This document shows, piece after piece, positions 16,554 to 20,000 of a DNA stretch of 20,000 nucleotides. The notes beneath the pieces were generated by a model, which was not told the origin of the DNA, searched no databases, and was given only the letters and a program-made list of their open reading frames with translations. Within the stretch, counting starts at the first letter, position 1. Each line of letters opens with the position of its first letter. A program made the position numbers and the translations under genes. This stretch comes from an uncultured virus (IMG/VR IMGVR_UViG_3300006919_000002) (lineage: Duplodnaviria; Heunggongvirae; Uroviricota; Caudoviricetes): IMG/VR virus record IMGVR_UViG_3300006919_000002; one strand, 5' to 3'.

Positions 16554-16871
16554 TCAACTATTTTTTAAAGTATTGATATCAAAGTTGTTATCACGTTGTT
16601 CCGTAGAAAGGTTGGTAATGCTTTCATACATGCTGTCAAAGATTTGATCTAAGTGTGCGATATCACACATATCAAAAAGCTCTGCTTTAGTAAAACCAGT
16701 AGGAACTTTCTCAAGATACTCAACATCAACAATCGTGTCAAAATCACGAGTTAAGTTATTGCACGTATAAACAACGGTTAACTCCCATTGTTTAACTTTA
16801 CCATTAGCTTTAATGGTTGGAATGGTCTTTGAAAGTGCTTTAGTAGCACCACTTGCATATTGAAAAGACAT
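16554..16871 (-). CDS. hypothetical protein, possibly tail-associated
   Basis: ORF from ATG16871 (MSFQYASG...) within the tail/lysis block. Confidence 0.7.
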   Translation of the reverse strand: MSFQYASGATKALSKTIPTIKANGKVKQWELTVVYTCNNLTRDFDTIVDVEYLEKVPTGFTKAELFDMCDIAHLDQIFDSMYESITNLSTEQRDNNFDINTLKNS

Positions 16872-16907
16872 AAATAAATCTTTTTGCAACCTTTATTTTA
16901 ACTAACA

Positions 16908-17363
16908 TTATGGCTTTGTTGGCCAATTAATATTTCTTGGAAAACCACTTTGATTTGGTATATCTCTTAGCTGTTGTCTGTAATTAGCCCATGCTGTTTT
17001 ATCAACACTTGAATCAGCTAACTGAGTCCAATCACTGTCTTTAAGTAAATCATTCCTAATTTCTCTTTCGTTTTTCTCAGCTGCTAATAAAACTTCTTGT
17101 TTTTGTTCTTCTGTTAATTCATTAAGTATCCAAACTTGCTTCCAGATTCCTTCTACGTTTGTTGGATTACCTTCTGAAAGAAAATGAGTTAATGAATCAA
17201 ATTCAGGTGGATCGGTTGCTTCGACAACGACTACATTGTAAGCAGACAGATTAATTTTACTAATATCCTTAGGAAAGCTTGTTTGGGGAAATTTTTTCCT
17301 AAGCGCATTGATGCCAAAAGGATATTGTTCAACTTGTCCGTTATTAATGAAAGCGTAATTCAT
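16908..17363 (-). CDS. tail fibre assembly chaperone
   Basis: RNDLLKDSDWTQLAD..WANYRQQLRDIP..FP.NINWP motif; AGGAG Shine-Dalgarno. Confidence 0.88.
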   Translation of the reverse strand: MNYAFINNGQVEQYPFGINALRKKFPQTSFPKDISKINLSAYNVVVVEATDPPEFDSLTHFLSEGNPTNVEGIWKQVWILNELTEEQKQEVLLAAEKNEREIRNDLLKDSDWTQLADSSVDKTAWANYRQQLRDIPNQSGFPRNINWPTKP

Positions 17364-17405
17364 TGCTTTAATCTCCTTGTTTAAATAATAACATTAAATT
17401 TTTAA

Positions 17406-18788
17406 TTAAAATCTATTGGTTTGATCAACTTCAATTCCTCCTTCTACGTTACTCATTGTAAGTGTAGTTCCAAAGCTTACAAAGGATGTTGCTGTACCGT
17501 ACGACGGCGTATATCTGCTTAGAACCATACTATTTGCAGAGCCTGTACCTGCTTCATACGTAATAGTTAATGCATCTCCTGTAAATGTATTAGTGCCAGA
17601 TCCATCCCCTGGTAGCTTGGCAACAAATACATAATCATTATTACCTGACTCATTCATACCTGCAATGTATACATTATCATTTGTAGCATGTATGGCATTT
17701 ACATAAGTGTATGAACTTCTATCAATAAAAATATTTCTTTGCCATTGAAGGGTTCCATCTGATGTTGCAAATTTAGCAAGCCAACCCGATCGACCTGCAT
17801 TAGTACTATTGCCGCTACGACCTCTTCCAACTACATAAACATAATTGCCATCGGGAGTCACAGCACAAGCTGTATGATATCCATAAATAGATTGTCCATT
17901 TGTATCATAATTTTTTTGCCACGAAATAGTACCACCATTAGGATCAATTTTAGCAATTCCTATATCTTGATCAATTTCAAAAGAAACATATAAAGATGTT
18001 CCATCTGAAACAATATTACCAAAATTTACACGCTTGTATGTACTATCAGATGAACTTGCAAATCCTCGATATTCAAAGTGCTGTTGTAAAGTTCCTGATA
18101 GGTTGTATTCCAATAAATAACCACGTTCTACATTATTTGTGTCATCATATGCTGTAACAAAAATTTCATCTGTTCCTGAATTATCATGGATACAGATGCC
18201 AAAAGCTTGGAAATTATCTTTGCTTCCTGCATATGTTCTTGCCCAATCTTTAACACCTGTACCTGCATTGCATGCAGCAATTCCCACTGCTTCATCGTTA
18301 AAAGCAAATTCTTCTACTCTTCCCGCAAGATAAACTTTGTTGCTACTATCTGTTGTTACTGCTCTATATTTTACATCTTTGTTTGAAAGGTTAGCACTAA
18401 TAACATGGTCATTGGTTGTAAGTCCTGAATCTAACTTCACACATGCTGTTGTATGATTGCTGTGATAATAACCAGTTAAGTAAACATCATCATTGCCATC
18501 AACTGCTATATCATCAAAAAATACATGATAGTTTGTTATACCTAGCTCTCTATCTAATTGCAATGCGCCTGTATCATCAAGCTTTGCAATAAAATAATTA
18601 TCTCTACCAATACCTGTATTATTATCTGTTGATCCAGCTACTAAAAGATTTCCATTTGAATCAGCTGCTATTTTAACCATATACTGAAAACCGTGATTAG
18701 TATTGGAATTATCTAAAACAACCCACCAATTTTCTGGTGATGATTGACTGCCAGCTTCAGCTAATAAATAAGATGCAAGCAAACTCAT
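17406..18788 (-). CDS. beta-propeller tail/receptor-binding protein (SBBP-like repeats)
   Basis: Repeated IAADSNGNLLVAG / IAVDGNDDVYLTG / VTTDSSNKVYLAG blades; G.LQWQR motifs. Confidence 0.75.
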   Translation of the reverse strand: MSLLASYLLAEAGSQSSPENWWVVLDNSNTNHGFQYMVKIAADSNGNLLVAGSTDNNTGIGRDNYFIAKLDDTGALQLDRELGITNYHVFFDDIAVDGNDDVYLTGYYHSNHTTACVKLDSGLTTNDHVISANLSNKDVKYRAVTTDSSNKVYLAGRVEEFAFNDEAVGIAACNAGTGVKDWARTYAGSKDNFQAFGICIHDNSGTDEIFVTAYDDTNNVERGYLLEYNLSGTLQQHFEYRGFASSSDSTYKRVNFGNIVSDGTSLYVSFEIDQDIGIAKIDPNGGTISWQKNYDTNGQSIYGYHTACAVTPDGNYVYVVGRGRSGNSTNAGRSGWLAKFATSDGTLQWQRNIFIDRSSYTYVNAIHATNDNVYIAGMNESGNNDYVFVAKLPGDGSGTNTFTGDALTITYEAGTGSANSMVLSRYTPSYGTATSFVSFGTTLTMSNVEGGIEVDQTNRF

Positions 18789-20000
18789 TATGCAAAGCTC
18801 CCGCCATATGCACCGTAAAGTGTGGTGCCGAACTTCCAGAATACTAGTATATCGTCATCAGTAAATGTTGGAGCACTGTTACCAGCAGAAGTAACCCAGG
18901 TAATTGTGGGCCATGTCAAAGTATGGCTTGAGCCAGAAGTTAAATGGACTAAGACAGATTCACCAGAAACCAGGGCTTCAGTAAATGTTGTATCTGCACT
19001 TACTGTTTTGTACTGAATACCACCATTAGCTGGATTTATTTCATTAGCTGGCATTGTTGCAGTTGTTTGTGCAAATGCATTGCCGCTAACAACACCTACA
19101 GTATCAACATAAATTCTTTCAGTACTACCAGCACCAATTCTAATGATTCCACTGTCTGTTGCTACGCCTGAAATATATCCAATAATAGTATTGTCGTCTT
19201 TCGCTAAAAGCCGTCCTGCGTTATGTCCAATGCAAATATTGTGATTTCCTGTTTCAGTCATTCTCATTGCCTGGAAACCTATTGCAATGTTGTAGCTTCC
19301 AGTAATATGATTTAATAAAGCTTCACTACCTAGTGCGCAGTTTCTTTCGCCAATAGTATTGTCTTTTAATGCACCCCAGCCATATGCAGCATTGTCTCTA
19401 CCAGTAGTAGTGTTATAAAGTGCGTGATAACCAACTGCAGTATTATAATTCCCAATACAAGCGCTTAAAGCTTGATAGCCGACTGCTACATTTTGACTTT
19501 GACTTGAAAGACTTGTTAGTGCTTCATATCCCACTGCTACATTTAAATTTCCAACACTACTAGTGTATAAAGCTTTATAGCCAATTGCAGTATTTCCTGA
19601 TATATAGGTGTTGCTATATAAAGCTTGATAACCTAATGCAGTATTAGCGTCGCCACTAGTATTTCTGCTTAATGCTTCCGAACCAACTGCAACATTAGAA
19701 TTTCCACTGGTACTACCAGACAGTGCTCCGTAGCCTATTGCAGTGTTATCTCGTCCAGTTATAGTATCTCTTAAAGCAGTATAACCTACTGCAGTGTTAC
19801 CTACACCATTAGTATTACCAGACAGTGCTTTGTAACCTACTGCAGTGTTATATACTCCAACTGTATTGCTATATGCAGCTTGATAACCTACTGCAGTATT
19901 TTGAAATCCAGTTGTATTGTTATATGCAGCTTGATAACCTAACGCAGTATTACGGCTGCCAGTAGTATTGTAATAAAGTGAGTCATAGCCTATTGCAGTA
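18788..20000 (-). CDS. tail fibre protein with 17-aa NTAVGYxAL beta-roll repeats (5' end outside the window)
   Basis: Manual translation shows the frame open from 19999 to 18788; repeats such as NTAVGYQAAYSNTVGVY; C-terminal TLTWPTITW..APTF domain. Confidence 0.85.
   Translation of the reverse strand, partial: TAIGYDSLYYNTTGSRNTALGYQAAYNNTTGFQNTAVGYQAAYSNTVGVYNTAVGYKALSGNTNGVGNTAVGYTALRDTITGRDNTAIGYGALSGSTSGNSNVAVGSEALSRNTSGDANTALGYQALYSNTYISGNTAIGYKALYTSSVGNLNVAVGYEALTSLSSQSQNVAVGYQALSACIGNYNTAVGYHALYNTTTGRDNAAYGWGALKDNTIGERNCALGSEALLNHITGSYNIAIGFQAMRMTETGNHNICIGHNAGRLLAKDDNTIIGYISGVATDSGIIRIGAGSTERIYVDTVGVVSGNAFAQTTATMPANEINPANGGIQYKTVSADTTFTEALVSGESVLVHLTSGSSHTLTWPTITWVTSAGNSAPTFTDDDILVFWKFGTTLYGAYGGSFA

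Noticed and set aside
516..19016. Short antisense or alternative-frame ORFs in the track (e.g. 516-770, 9248-9496, 10404-10739, 12526-12759, 12668-13003, 14631-14855, 18139-18386)
   Set aside because: Nested in well-supported genes and carry no recognisable motifs
17406..20000. Diversity-generating retroelement acting on tail genes
   Set aside because: No reverse transcriptase and no adenine-specific TR/VR pair seen; the repeats are explained by protein periodicity
1..20000. tRNA/rRNA genes, introns/inteins, or stop-codon reassignment
   Set aside because: No cloverleaf or T-loop signatures noticed by eye; genes are uninterrupted in the standard code and TAA, TAG and TGA all act as stops

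Overview
AT-rich (roughly one-third GC by eye), gene-dense segment of a tailed dsDNA phage, very probably a cyanophage. The gene set (Dps, speD, GT4 glycosyltransferase, prim-pol/D5 helicase, GH73-C39 lysin) resembles my recollection of S-EIV1-like phages, which I have not verified. From left to right: small early-type ORFs with a Gp157-family gene; a probable virion protein and a Dps; a minus-strand block (HNH, conserved cyanophage hypotheticals, SAM methyltransferase); a replication block (PD-(D/E)XK exonuclease, primase-helicase, AdoMet decarboxylase, glycosyltransferase); then a degenerate HNH, a holin-like gene, the endolysin and a tail-fibre cassette running off the right end. The least explained structure is non-coding, at about 12965-13223. 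It comprises a -10 box, a canonical G-quadruplex motif overlapping a terminator, and a ~190-bp imperfect inverted repeat built from two CCGTACA-N12-TGTAC(G/T)G palindromes plus paired TGCAGA boxes. It lies in a local GC peak, directly upstream of an HNH protein that lacks its catalytic His, and I propose it as a candidate replication-origin module (inference). Other signals are a compact pseudoknot (149-176), a recurrent TTCACTC leader motif, a 26-bp tandem array, and -10-like boxes at a nearly fixed 21-24 nt before start codons.
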